A program made the translations under genes and the position numbers. A stretch of 64,000 bases of DNA from Gemmiger sp. (GTDB lineage: Bacteria > Bacillota > Clostridia > Oscillospirales > Ruminococcaceae), in NCBI RefSeq assembly GCF_036306485.1, contig NZ_JAXJZK010000042.1, positions 37,951 through 101,950 of the forward strand, written 5' to 3'. The notes beneath the pieces are model-generated. The model saw only the letters and a list, made by a program, of their open reading frames with translations, was not told the DNA's origin and searched no databases. Positions 8,245 through 17,754 of the stretch are shown one piece after another (the stretch's first letter is position 1; the number at the start of each line of letters is the position of its first letter).

Positions 8245-8603
8245 AAACGACTGGACCGTAAGCCGGGTTCTGTATTAAACGACGATCTATCTTGATTTTG
8301 CGTCACCGCAAAATTCCGCGGGCCCGAAGGCCCGACACGCCAACACCGGGACGTGCGAGGCTTCCACATATGTCCCATACGGTTGTTGCTTCTGACAGGG
8401 TTTACATAGCCGCAAAGTTACCAGTGCGCTGGTGAGCTCTTACCTCGCCTTTCCATCCTTGCCATCCGAAGAGGGCGGTTTCTTTCTGTTGCACTATCCC
8501 TGGGGTCACCCCCGGCTGCCGTTAGCAGTTGCCATGCCTCTGTGAAGCCCGGACTTTCCTCAGAACGGGTTTGCCGCTCCGCCGCCGTATGTTCCACTCG
8601 TTT
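8245..8603 (-). ncRNA. rnpB: RNase P RNA (ribozyme component)
   Basis: The reverse complement contains the universal P4 strands GAGGAAAGTCCGGGC (8547-8561) and ACAGAACCCGGCTTA (8259-8273). Ends at ~8591-8600 and ~8248-8257 can pair as P1. No credible CDS. Boundaries are +/-10 nt. Confidence 0.85.
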
Positions 8604-8609
8604 GACGGT

Positions 8610-8638
8610 ATTATACCACTTTATTTCAATATTTGCAA
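8610..8638 (-). promoter_or_regulatory. Sigma-70-type promoter for rnpB
   Basis: On the minus strand: TTGCAA, 17 nt, TATAAT. The predicted start is ~7 nt downstream, at the 5' end of P1. Confidence 0.6.
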
Positions 8639-8661
8639 CCGGCTGAATTTTATGCTATAAT
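8633..8661 (+). promoter_or_regulatory. Sigma-70-type promoter for the RluA-family gene
   Basis: TTGCAA (8633-8638), 17 nt, TATAAT (8656-8661). The -35 hexamer is the same palindrome used by the rnpB promoter. Confidence 0.55.
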
Positions 8662-8704
8662 ACACCGTGTGTGAGTATAGGAAGATAAGGGGGCAGGGAA
8701 AACG

Positions 8705-9670
8705 ATGCAGCTTCTTCGTTTTCCGGTGCCCGCAGACTGCAGCGGTATGCGGCTGTATGTCTTTCTGCGCACGATGGGGGTCAGTGCGACCTGCATCAAG
8801 ACGGTCAAATACCACGGCAAGGGATTCTTTGCATCCGGTGAGCCGATTCATACCGACCAGAAGGTGCAGCAGGGCCAGCAGATCACCTTTGAGCTGCCGC
8901 CCGAGCCGCCCACCGATGTCCAGGCCCAGCAGGTACCGTTCCGCGTCGCCTACGAGGACGAGTTCGCCGCGGTGCTGGACAAACCGGCCGGGATTGCTGT
9001 GCACCCGACCCTCAACCATCCCGATGGGACATTGGCCAACGGGTGGATTTACCTTCTTGCCCAAAGGGGGCAGACCGGCGTATTCCGCCCGGTCAACCGA
9101 ATTGATAAAAACACGAGCGGACTGGTGCTCTGTGCGCAGAATGCGTTTGCGGCACCGCTGTTGAGCGCCACCGTCCGCAAGTGCTATCTTGCCCTGGTGG
9201 AGGGCAGCCTGCCGCTGGGTCCGGGACGGATTGATGCCCCGATTGCCCGGCGCGGGGATTCCATCATCGGCCGCTGCGTGCGCGAGGATGGAAAACCCAG
9301 CGTGACGGCGTATACGGTGCTTGCAGCAAGCCCGACGCATTCGCTGGCAGCCTGCTTTCCGCTCACCGGGCGGACCCATCAGATCCGGGTCCATTTTTCC
9401 TGGCAGGGTCATCCGCTTGCGGGGGATACCCTGTACGGCGGCCATGAGGGCCTGATGACCCGCCATGCGCTGCACTGCGCGGTACTGCGGTTCCGCGTCC
9501 CGATCAGCGGGGAGGAGCGCCGTGTCCAGAGCCCGCTTCCTCCCGACTTTTCAGCCGCCTGTGTTGCTGCCGGCCTTCCCGCCGGGGCACAGATCGGCGA
9601 CCTTTTGCAAACCGTCCTGCCTGTCGGTGCTGATCCGGCACAGGACAACCCTCTGCGTTCGCGCCTTTGA
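8705..9670 (+). CDS. RluA-family pseudouridine synthase
   Basis: Motifs LDKPAGIAVHP, RPVNRIDKNTSGLVL and GRTHQIRVHF. Confidence 0.85.
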   Translation: MQLLRFPVPADCSGMRLYVFLRTMGVSATCIKTVKYHGKGFFASGEPIHTDQKVQQGQQITFELPPEPPTDVQAQQVPFRVAYEDEFAAVLDKPAGIAVHPTLNHPDGTLANGWIYLLAQRGQTGVFRPVNRIDKNTSGLVLCAQNAFAAPLLSATVRKCYLALVEGSLPLGPGRIDAPIARRGDSIIGRCVREDGKPSVTAYTVLAASPTHSLAACFPLTGRTHQIRVHFSWQGHPLAGDTLYGGHEGLMTRHALHCAVLRFRVPISGEERRVQSPLPPDFSAACVAAGLPAGAQIGDLLQTVLPVGADPAQDNPLRSRL

Positions 9671-9691
9671 CGGCGCGGAAAGGAGTTCCCC

Positions 9692-11593
9692 TTGAATCCT
9701 TCTCAGCTTGACGAAAAACAAAACGGCGAAACGCCGGAAACCGGCTCCCGCCGTAAAAAACAAAAAGCCACCCATCGCGGCATGACTCTCTGGCTGGACC
9801 AGATCCGCTGCCGGATGACGGTCCGTTCCTGGCACCGGCGCAGCAAAAAGGCGCGCCGGCATCACCGGCTCTCTTCGCTCATGGGCAGAATGCCCCATGC
9901 CCGTCTGATCGGTGATGCGCTGTACATGATCGGCTTCTGGGTCGAGTATGCACTGGTCTGCTCGGGCCGCGGGGTTTCCAAAGTGCTGCGTGCCATCGGC
10001 ACCCATGCGGCCCGCCTGCTGGTGACGATCATCCGTCCCTTTGCACTGGGCATCATCATGCTCTGCGAGGGCCTGACCGAGCCGTTCTTTGTGATGGCTT
10101 CGGGCTTCCGCCATATCCAGCAGCTCTCCGAGAAGATGGCCAACGAGAGCGCCCGCCAGGTCCGCAAGGAAAAGCTCCGCTACTTTGCGGATGGTACCAA
10201 GCGCTATTTCCCGCTGGTGCTCAATGCCGTTTCCTATCTGCTGCCGGTGGCGGCTGCCGTCGGATTCATTTATGTGGTCCAGACCGGTCTGGACCGCACC
10301 TTTGTGCTGAATGTGCAGGTCAACGGCCAGTCCGTGGGCAGCGTGGCCAACGAGCAGGTCTTTGAGAGCGCCAGTGAGGACGTCCAGTCCCGTATCAACA
10401 ACGCGGCAGCCGTCATGGCCTCCACCGGCGCGGCGGTTTCCAGCGACAGCTGGAACATCACCCCCACCTACACGCTCAAGGTCGGCGATGACACGATGAG
10501 CGAGACCGAAGTGGTTGATGCCATTCTTCGGGCTTCCAGCAACGAAATCGGCGAGGCAACGGCCGTCTATGTGGACGGCGGTCTGCGCTTTGTCACAACG
10601 GAAGGCGACCATCTGCGCACCTATCTGGAAAGCATCAAGGCCCCCTACGTCAACGCGCTTGACCCCAACAAGCGGGTCAGCTTCGTCCATGATATCCGCC
10701 TGGTGGACGGCATTTATCTGCTGGACTCCATTGTGAGCTATCAGGATGTCATCAATACCCTGAACCAGGGCTCGGACATCTCGCGCTATGTTGCCTCGGA
10801 AGGCGATACGGTCCAGACGGTGCTCGACAACTCCGGCGTCTCGTGGGATACGCTGGCGGCCCTCAACCCGCAGCTCACCTCCACCGACGAGGAGCTGGCA
10901 GCAGGCACCGACCTGATTATCGGCGTCTCCAGTCCTGAAATGCTCAAGGTCAAGGAGGTTGTCCGCAGCACCTACACGGCACCGATTCCCTTCGAGACCC
11001 AGACCAGCGACTCCGATGAATATGACTTCGGCAAGATTGTCACGGTTCAGGAAGGCGTGGACGGCGTGGAGCAGGTCACGCAGGAAGTTACCTATGTGGA
11101 CGGCGTCGAAACGGCCCGCGAGGCAGTGGATGTGCAGGTCCTGCAGGCGCCCGTGGCCCAGATCACGGTCCGCGGCACCCGCCTCCAGAGCGGTATGATC
11201 GCCTCCATCGGCACCGGCAACTTCATGTGGCCTGTCCCGGGATACACCTACGTCAGCCGCTGGATGAGCTCCTACCATAAGGGCGCCGATATCTGTGCTG
11301 CCTACGGCACGCCGATCTACGCCTCGGATTCCGGTGAGGTCATCACCGCCACCTCGCATTACAGCTACGGCAACTACGTCGTCATCGACCACGGCAACGG
11401 CTATAAGACCCTGTATGCCCATATGTCCCGCCTCGCGTGCAGCGTGGGACAGGCCGTCAAACAGGGCGACATCATCGGCTATGTCGGCTCGACGGGCGAC
11501 TCCACCGGTAACCATTGCCACTTCGAGATGTATGGCCCCAACGGCCGCTTCAGTGCGGAAACGCTGTTCGGCGGCTCCGTCCGTGAATGGTAA
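9692..11593 (+). CDS. Membrane-anchored M23 (LytM) metallopeptidase with LysM and G5 domains
   Basis: C-terminal M23 motifs HKGADI and GNHCHFE. LysM-like segment YVASEGDTVQTVLDNSGVSWDTLAALNP. G5-like segment VTVQEGVDGVEQVTQEVTYVDG. TTG start follows GAAAGGAG. Confidence 0.8.
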   Translation: MNPSQLDEKQNGETPETGSRRKKQKATHRGMTLWLDQIRCRMTVRSWHRRSKKARRHHRLSSLMGRMPHARLIGDALYMIGFWVEYALVCSGRGVSKVLRAIGTHAARLLVTIIRPFALGIIMLCEGLTEPFFVMASGFRHIQQLSEKMANESARQVRKEKLRYFADGTKRYFPLVLNAVSYLLPVAAAVGFIYVVQTGLDRTFVLNVQVNGQSVGSVANEQVFESASEDVQSRINNAAAVMASTGAAVSSDSWNITPTYTLKVGDDTMSETEVVDAILRASSNEIGEATAVYVDGGLRFVTTEGDHLRTYLESIKAPYVNALDPNKRVSFVHDIRLVDGIYLLDSIVSYQDVINTLNQGSDISRYVASEGDTVQTVLDNSGVSWDTLAALNPQLTSTDEELAAGTDLIIGVSSPEMLKVKEVVRSTYTAPIPFETQTSDSDEYDFGKIVTVQEGVDGVEQVTQEVTYVDGVETAREAVDVQVLQAPVAQITVRGTRLQSGMIASIGTGNFMWPVPGYTYVSRWMSSYHKGADICAAYGTPIYASDSGEVITATSHYSYGNYVVIDHGNGYKTLYAHMSRLACSVGQAVKQGDIIGYVGSTGDSTGNHCHFEMYGPNGRFSAETLFGGSVREW

Positions 11594-11773
11594 CAGGGGT
11601 TCCAGAATTTTCCGGAAAGATCTGCGGACAAAATTGCAGACCGGTTACAATTTCGCAAATATTTTACAAATAATAGTGTCGGCACTTTTCAAAACACGCC
11701 AGATGGTGTATAATAACTTCTAGATGTGCGGCACAATACGCCGTGCAGGCGATCCGAAAAGGAGAGTAACTGC

Positions 11774-13057
11774 TTGGAAAAGTTTGTGATTCACGGGGGC
11801 AAACCCCTTCAGGGCGATGTCATGATCGGCGGAGCCAAGAATGCGGCGGTGGCAATTCTGCCGGCCACGATTTTGGCGGCGGATAAGTGTATCATTGAGA
11901 ACCTTCCCTGTATCAGTGATGTGATGGCGTCGCTGCAGATTCTCAGCGAACTTGGCGCCAATATCCGCATGGTCAGCAAAAGCACCTACGAGATTGATAC
12001 GACCCATCTGGATTGCACCGAGGTCTCCAATGAGCTGTCCCGTCAGATGCGCGCCAGTTACTATTTTCTCGGTGCTCTGCTCGGACGGTTCGGCGCCGGA
12101 CAGGTCGCCATGCCGGGCGGCTGCAATCTGGGCCCCCGTCCCATTGACCAGCACCTCAAGGCGTTTACGGCACTCGGCGCGGAGGACTCCGTCGAGTACG
12201 GCATGATCCGTGTCAAGGCGGATCATCTGACCGGTGCACATATCTTCTTCGATACGGTTTCGGTGGGTGCCACCATGAACGCCATGCTCGCCGCCGTGAT
12301 GGCGGACGGCCTGACGATTCTGGAAAATGTGGCCCGTGAACCCCATGTCGTGGATCTGGCCAACTGCCTGAATATGATGGGCGCCGATGTTCACGGCGCC
12401 GGTACCGATGTGATCAAGATCCGCGGCGTCAAGCAGCTGCATGGCTGCAGCTACTCCATCATTCCCGACCAGATCGAGGCTGGCAGCTATATGGTGGGAG
12501 CCGCCATTACGGGCGGCGATGTGACGCTGCACAACGTGATCCCCAAGCATATGGAACCGATCACCGCCAAACTGCGGGCGGCCGGCTGTGAAGTGACCGA
12601 ATACGATGACGCCATGCGGATCACCCGCACGGGTCCGATTCATCCCGTCAAGATCAAGACCATGCCGCATCCCGGCTTCCCGACAGATATGCAGCCGCTG
12701 ATGACGGTGCTGCTGACGCTGGCCGACGGCACGTCCATTGTGACCGAAGGCATCTGGGAAAACCGCTTCCGCTATGTCGATGAGCTGATCCGGATGGGCG
12801 CCAACATCCAGGTGGACGGCCAGGTGGCGGTCATTGAGGGCGTCAAAAAGCTGTACCCCGCCCCCCTGCGTGCACTGGATCTGCGGGCAGGCGCTGCCAT
12901 GGTGATGGCGGCACTGGCGGCAGACGGCGTCAGCGAGATTGACGAGACGGCCCATATTGAACGTGGGTACGAAAATATTGTAGAAAAACTCCAGGCACTC
13001 GGCGCGGATATCCGCCGTGTTGAGGCGCCGGTCCGCGGTCTGACACGAGCGATCTGA
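11774..13057 (+). CDS. murA: UDP-N-acetylglucosamine 1-carboxyvinyltransferase
   Basis: N-terminus (L/M)EKFVIHGGKPLQGDV and active-site region PGGCNLGPRPIDQH. TTG 11774 after AAGGAGAG is preferred to GTG 11726. Confidence 0.9.
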   Translation: MEKFVIHGGKPLQGDVMIGGAKNAAVAILPATILAADKCIIENLPCISDVMASLQILSELGANIRMVSKSTYEIDTTHLDCTEVSNELSRQMRASYYFLGALLGRFGAGQVAMPGGCNLGPRPIDQHLKAFTALGAEDSVEYGMIRVKADHLTGAHIFFDTVSVGATMNAMLAAVMADGLTILENVAREPHVVDLANCLNMMGADVHGAGTDVIKIRGVKQLHGCSYSIIPDQIEAGSYMVGAAITGGDVTLHNVIPKHMEPITAKLRAAGCEVTEYDDAMRITRTGPIHPVKIKTMPHPGFPTDMQPLMTVLLTLADGTSIVTEGIWENRFRYVDELIRMGANIQVDGQVAVIEGVKKLYPAPLRALDLRAGAAMVMAALAADGVSEIDETAHIERGYENIVEKLQALGADIRRVEAPVRGLTRAI

Positions 13058-13077
13058 CCGCAAGTCAAAACGAGATC

Positions 13078-13136
13078 AAGCGGCAAATGGTGCGCCTGGC
13101 GCGGGACGCCGGGGTGCGATTTGCCGCTTGTTTTGC
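13078..13136 (+). terminator. Probable terminator after murA
   Basis: 12-bp stem CAAGCGGCAAAT / ATTTGCCGCTTG with a long structured loop, followed by TTTT. Confidence 0.45.
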
Positions 13137-13184
13137 TGTCACAACGGCCGCGGGCCGGAAAAAGGGAGCGGGAAAGGGAATACC

Positions 13185-13973
13185 ATGGCACTGTTTACCA
13201 CACTGTATTCGGGATCATCCGGAAATTGCGCACTCATCCGCCAGGGAGAAAAGTACCTGCTGGTGGATATGGGGAAGAGCTGCCGCACCACGCTGAATGC
13301 CCTGCGCCGGCTGAATCTGGCGGTTTCGGACTGCGAGGGCATCCTGATCACCCACGAACATTCCGACCATGTGAGCGGCCTTGACACCTTCCTCAAGCAT
13401 TACACGGTGCCGGTCTACGGCTGTGCCGATACCCTTGACACACTGTATTCCCGCGGAACGATCCCGCCCGCCGTGGAAGCCATCGCGATGGACGGCCGGA
13501 CTGAGGAGATCGGCGGCTTTACGGTGACCAGTTTCCCCACCAGTCACGACGTGCCCTGCTGCGGGTACCGGATTCGCACCCCCGATGAGCGCACGATGGC
13601 CATTGCCACCGACCTCGGAACGCTGACCCCCGTGGTGCAGCAGAGCCTGGCCGGATGCGACCTCGTTGCGCTGGAAGCCAACTATGATGCCTTCAGTCTG
13701 CACGGCGGGCCGTATCCGTACTATCTCAAGGTCCGGATCGCGAGTGACCGCGGACACCTGGACAACAAGGCCTGTGCCGCCGAGCTGCTGGACCTGATCC
13801 AGGACGGCTGCAAGAAGTTTGCACTCTGCCATCTGAGCCAGACCAACAACTCCCCGGAACTGGTCATGACGACGGTCTACAATGTCCTGCTCAGCGCCGG
13901 CATTGATCTGGAAAAGGACCTGACCATCCAGGCACAGCTGCGCAATGACATCAGCCCGTACATTGAATTCTGA
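13185..13973 (+). CDS. MBL-fold metallo-hydrolase (YycJ/WalJ-like)
   Basis: N-terminus MALFTTLYSGSSGNC and HxHxDH motif THEHSDHVSG. Located upstream of rlmH, as in many Firmicutes. Confidence 0.8.
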   Translation: MALFTTLYSGSSGNCALIRQGEKYLLVDMGKSCRTTLNALRRLNLAVSDCEGILITHEHSDHVSGLDTFLKHYTVPVYGCADTLDTLYSRGTIPPAVEAIAMDGRTEEIGGFTVTSFPTSHDVPCCGYRIRTPDERTMAIATDLGTLTPVVQQSLAGCDLVALEANYDAFSLHGGPYPYYLKVRIASDRGHLDNKACAAELLDLIQDGCKKFALCHLSQTNNSPELVMTTVYNVLLSAGIDLEKDLTIQAQLRNDISPYIEF

Positions 13974-13993
13974 ACCGGAGGGAGGCTCCTACA

Positions 13994-14479
13994 ATGCAGA
14001 ACATTGACCTGATCTGCCTCGGAAAACTCAATGCGCCCTATTTTGCGGCCGGCGTTGCGGAGTACCAGAAACGACTTTCCGCGTTCTGCAACTTCCGGAT
14101 CATCGAACTGCCCGAGGCATCCCTTGCCGACAAGAATGCCAGCGAGGCCCAGATTGAAAAAGCGCTCCAGAAGGAGGGAAAGGCGATCCTTTCCAATCTC
14201 CGCAAGGGGTCTTATCTGGCGGCGCTCTGCGTGGAGGGAAAGCAGTTTTCCAGCGAGGAACTGGCCGCCCTGCTGGCACAGCGCGCCAACAGCGGAGCGG
14301 GGGACATCACCTTTGTGATCGGTTCTTCCCACGGCCTTGCGCCGGAAGTCAAACAGGCGGCACAGGCCAAACTGTCGATGGGCCGGATCACGATGCCGCA
14401 CCAGCTTGCCCGGCTGGTTCTGACCGAACAGATCTACCGGGCCTGCACCATCAATGCCGGCATGAAATATCATAAATAA
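13994..14479 (+). CDS. rlmH: 23S rRNA (pseudouridine1915-N3)-methyltransferase
   Basis: 161-aa SPOUT protein. ITFVIGSSHGL ... MPHQLARLVLTEQIYRA is the typical RlmH C-terminus. Confidence 0.9.
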   Translation: MQNIDLICLGKLNAPYFAAGVAEYQKRLSAFCNFRIIELPEASLADKNASEAQIEKALQKEGKAILSNLRKGSYLAALCVEGKQFSSEELAALLAQRANSGAGDITFVIGSSHGLAPEVKQAAQAKLSMGRITMPHQLARLVLTEQIYRACTINAGMKYHK

Positions 14480-14484
14480 TACAA

Positions 14485-14518
14485 CGCCCGCACGGTTCAT
14501 CCATGCGGGCGCTTTTTG
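14485..14518 (+). terminator. Terminator after rlmH
   Basis: Stem CGCCCGCA / TGCGGGCG followed by TTTTT. Confidence 0.6.
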
Positions 14519-14522
14519 TGAG

Positions 14523-14580
14523 AAAAAACCACCCCCGGCACCGGCGGCTGTCTGGCCGTGCGGGCAGAGGGTGGTTTGGG
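14523..14580 (-). terminator. Terminator after the hydrogenase gene
   Basis: On the minus strand, a long GC hairpin (ACCACCC...GGGTGGT) followed by TTTTTT. Confidence 0.55.
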
Positions 14581-14608
14581 ATTTTTCAGGCAGACAAGGA
14601 AATCCGGA

Positions 14609-16132
14609 TCAGTACTTGAGCTTGTCCAGCGTATCCTTGTACGGCGTATCGACAGCAGACTTCATGGTGGCCTGTGCCTTGTACTTGGTCAGCATCATCG
14701 CGCTGCGGGCAGGGTCGGCCAGCGTGCCGGCACCGGCAATGCAGCCGCCCGGGCAGGCCATGCCTTCCAGCAGGTAACCGTTGTACTTGCCGGCGGCAGC
14801 CATCTGCATCATCTTCTTGCACTCGGCAAGACCCTGTGCGGAAGCAACCTTGACCTCACGGTCGGGATCAATCTTCTTGATCGCGTTCACGACCGCCTGG
14901 GCAACGCCGCCGCTGACCGCGAAGCCGCGGCCGTCCGAGCTGGCATCGTCAAAGTTGTCGCTGGGATCGTCGGGCAGATCGTTGAAGTCCACATTGCGGG
15001 CCTCAAACATACCCATCAGTTCCTCGAAGGTCAGGACGAAGTCCACCTCGCTGCGCACCGTGCGGCGGCTGGCTTCCAGCTTCTTGGCGGAGCAGGGACC
15101 CACGAAGCAGATGCGGGCGTTGGGATCGGATTTCTTGATCAGACGTGCCGTCAGGACCATCGGGGTCATCGTCATGCTGATGCAGTCGGCATACTTGGGG
15201 AAGGTCTTCTTGGCCATGACGCTCCACGCCGGGCAGCAGGACGTGCCCATGAAGGGATGCTTGGAGGGAACTTCCTCCATGAAATCGTGCGCCTCATCGA
15301 TGGTGCACAGGTCAGCGCCGACGGCAACTTCCGCCGTGCCGGCAAAGCCCAGAAGCCGCATGCCCTCGCGCAGTTTGGCGGGCGTCATGTTGGGGAACTG
15401 GTTGACGAAAGCCGGAGCCACAATCGCGATGACGCGGTCGCCGCGCTTGATGGACTGGATCAGCTGGAAGATCTGGCCCTTGTCCACGATGGCGCCGAAG
15501 GGGCAGTTGACCAGGCACATGCCGCAGGATACGCACTTGTCGTAATCGATCTCCGCACGGCCGTATTCGTCGGAATGGATTGCGCCCATGCCGCAGGCCT
15601 TGGCGCAGGGACGCTCGACCTTGACGATGGCATTGTACGGGCAGGTGCTCACGCAGCGGCCGCACTTGATGCACAGATCCTGGTCGATGTGGCTTTTGCC
15701 GTTGCGGAAGCTGATGGCCTTTTTGGGGCAGACTTCCTGGCAGGGATGAGCAAGGCAGCCCTGGCACATGGCCGTTACCTTGATGAGTTTTTCGGGGCAC
15801 TGGTTGCAGGCAAACTTGATCACATTGATCAGAGGCGGCTCATAGAACTTGTCGGCCACGACACTGTGCTCCAGATTCTCCGTGGCGGGGACACTGGCAT
15901 CGAGCGGACGCAGCGAAAGACCCATGGCAAGACGGATGCGCTCCGACACAATGGCTCTCTCCAGGAAGATGCTGCTGCGCAGCTGGCCGACCTCACCGGG
16001 AATGATCTTGTAAGGCAGGTCGCGGATATCCTTGGCATAATCCGCCATCTCGCCGCCTTCATAGGACATCCGGGCCACTTCGGTAAAGACCTTGCGGCGA
16101 ATGTCGGTGACAGGGGTGTAAATGCCTCTCAT
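14609..16132 (-). CDS. Monomeric [FeFe] hydrogenase (group-B-like) with N-terminal ferredoxin-type clusters
   Basis: H-cluster motifs TSCCPAW, GPCSAKKLE and MACPGGCIAGAG. Two 4Fe-4S motifs, CIKCGRCVSTCP and CVSCGMCLVNCP. RBS AAGGAG. Confidence 0.85.
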   Translation of the reverse strand: MRGIYTPVTDIRRKVFTEVARMSYEGGEMADYAKDIRDLPYKIIPGEVGQLRSSIFLERAIVSERIRLAMGLSLRPLDASVPATENLEHSVVADKFYEPPLINVIKFACNQCPEKLIKVTAMCQGCLAHPCQEVCPKKAISFRNGKSHIDQDLCIKCGRCVSTCPYNAIVKVERPCAKACGMGAIHSDEYGRAEIDYDKCVSCGMCLVNCPFGAIVDKGQIFQLIQSIKRGDRVIAIVAPAFVNQFPNMTPAKLREGMRLLGFAGTAEVAVGADLCTIDEAHDFMEEVPSKHPFMGTSCCPAWSVMAKKTFPKYADCISMTMTPMVLTARLIKKSDPNARICFVGPCSAKKLEASRRTVRSEVDFVLTFEELMGMFEARNVDFNDLPDDPSDNFDDASSDGRGFAVSGGVAQAVVNAIKKIDPDREVKVASAQGLAECKKMMQMAAAGKYNGYLLEGMACPGGCIAGAGTLADPARSAMMLTKYKAQATMKSAVDTPYKDTLDKLKY

Positions 16133-16356
16133 GATGATTTTGCTCCTTACACTATACTTTGATGACCGTTTCGGCCGTATTGACAGTCTTGGAAAATCCT
16201 CGCCCGTTACACAGACGTTAAATTAATGTCAATTCGGCTTCTGTTAAGATTTTACCAAGAAATCGCAATCTTTACAATAGGGGGAAGGGCAAAAAAAGCA
16301 AAAAATACTGTAAATAATCCGGTCAGAATCTTTATGCGGCGGTTTTGCGCACGGTG

Positions 16357-17670
16357 TTACACGGTCCCGCCCGGCAGGGCCTCGGCGCGGCACCGCTGGC
16401 CATCCCATTCTCCCAGCCGGACTGTCACGATTTCGCCGCTCCGGTGCCCCGGCGCCGACACGGCCACCGGAAGATACTGCCGGGTATACCCGGTGAAGAG
16501 GGTCGCCGAAAGGGGCGTTTCCAACAGCACCTCGGCGGTGCGTCCCTGCAGGGAGGCAGCCAGCTCGGCGCGGACCGCCTCAGCGGCCTGGGTCATCCGG
16601 TGACTGCGGGCTTCCTTCTCGTGCTCGGGAACCTGATTGGGAAAGTCAAAGGCGGGCGTGCCTTCGCGGCGGGAATAGGGGAATACATGGACTTTGAGAA
16701 ACCGCTGCCCGACCACAAAATCCAGGCTCTCCTCAAAATCCTGCTCGGTCTCGCCGGGGAATCCGACAATCACATCGGTCGTGAAGCTGACATTCTCCTC
16801 GCCGAAAGCGTCCTTGAGTTTCCGGGCAACCTGGGCATACTGGTCGGCCGTGTAGGGACGGCGCATGGCGCGCAGCGTCCTCGAACAGCCGCTCTGCAGA
16901 CTCAGATGGAACTGCGGGCAGAGTTTTGGCACGGCGGCCAGCCGCGCAATGTCGCGATCGGTCAGCATATCGGGGTCGAGACTGCCCAGCCGGATGCGTT
17001 CAATGCCCTCCACCTGGGCGGCATGCTCCACCAGATCGGCCAGCCCGGTCCCGGTATCACTGCCGTAGCTGGGCAGGCTGATTGCCGTCAGAACGACCTC
17101 GCGGTATCCCGAAGCCGCCAGCCGGCGCAGCTCCTCCAGGATGCTGGCCTCGCTGCGGCTGCGCACCGGTCCGCGGGCACGGGGGATCACACAGTAGGCA
17201 CAGCGCCGGTTGCAGCCATCCTCCACCTTCACAAAGGCGCGCGTATGGTCGGCAAACCGGTCCATCGGCAGCTCCTCAAAGGTTTCTCCCTTGACATGGG
17301 GGCGGATATCGACGACCCGGGCTTCCTCACCGCTGAGCACCTTCTGTACATCCTGCAGGATGGAAAGCCGGTTGCCGGAACCGGTGATCACGTCGGCCTC
17401 GGCGATTCCGGCAGCCTCCTCGGGGAATGCCTGGGGATAGCATCCCGTCAGGACCGTGACGGCGCCCGGGTTCTCCCGCTTGGCGCGGCGCAGCCACTTG
17501 CGGCTTTTCTGGTCGCCGAAGTTGGTGACGGTGCAGCTGTTGACGACATACACATCCGCCGCCTCGCCGTTTTCCACCACCGTGAAGCCGTTCTGCTCGA
17601 ACAGCTGTGCCAGGGCGCCGGTCTCGTTCTGATTCACCTTGCAGCCCAGGGTATAAAAACAAACACGCAT
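16357..17670 (-). CDS. mtaB: tRNA t6A37 methylthiotransferase (radical SAM, MtaB family)
   Basis: N-terminus FYTLGCKVNQNE, radical-SAM CAYCVIP and a C-terminal TRAM-like region. Confidence 0.85.
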   Translation of the reverse strand: MRVCFYTLGCKVNQNETGALAQLFEQNGFTVVENGEAADVYVVNSCTVTNFGDQKSRKWLRRAKRENPGAVTVLTGCYPQAFPEEAAGIAEADVITGSGNRLSILQDVQKVLSGEEARVVDIRPHVKGETFEELPMDRFADHTRAFVKVEDGCNRRCAYCVIPRARGPVRSRSEASILEELRRLAASGYREVVLTAISLPSYGSDTGTGLADLVEHAAQVEGIERIRLGSLDPDMLTDRDIARLAAVPKLCPQFHLSLQSGCSRTLRAMRRPYTADQYAQVARKLKDAFGEENVSFTTDVIVGFPGETEQDFEESLDFVVGQRFLKVHVFPYSRREGTPAFDFPNQVPEHEKEARSHRMTQAAEAVRAELAASLQGRTAEVLLETPLSATLFTGYTRQYLPVAVSAPGHRSGEIVTVRLGEWDGQRCRAEALPGGTV

Positions 17671-17754
17671 CGCAAAAAAACATCCTTATCCAATGTAATT
17701 GATGGTTCCATTATATACAAAATCCGACCAAAGCACAAGAGAGCACGCTTCACT

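Noticed and set aside
8047-8378. Small ORFs (82-85 aa) across the bofA terminator and the 3' half of rnpB
   Set aside because: The region is accounted for by a terminator hairpin and RNase P RNA, with conserved P4 strands. The ORFs have no RBS.
14558-16162. 534-aa plus-strand ORF overlapping the hydrogenase gene. Similar plus-strand ORFs: 16345..17823 over mtaB, 29442..30761 over mscS, 57966..59993 over GH31, and 62831..63490 over luxS.
   Set aside because: The minus-strand products carry diagnostic motifs (H-cluster, radical SAM, MscS pore, WNDMNEP, HTIEH). The plus-strand products are Ala/Gly/Arg/His-rich nonsense.
16133-16356. A 224-nt AT-rich gap between mtaB and the hydrogenase gene, considered as a possible sRNA or regulatory element
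   Set aside because: I found no convincing promoter-plus-terminator pair or conserved RNA motif. It is most simply the hydrogenase promoter and leader plus the mtaB 3' end.
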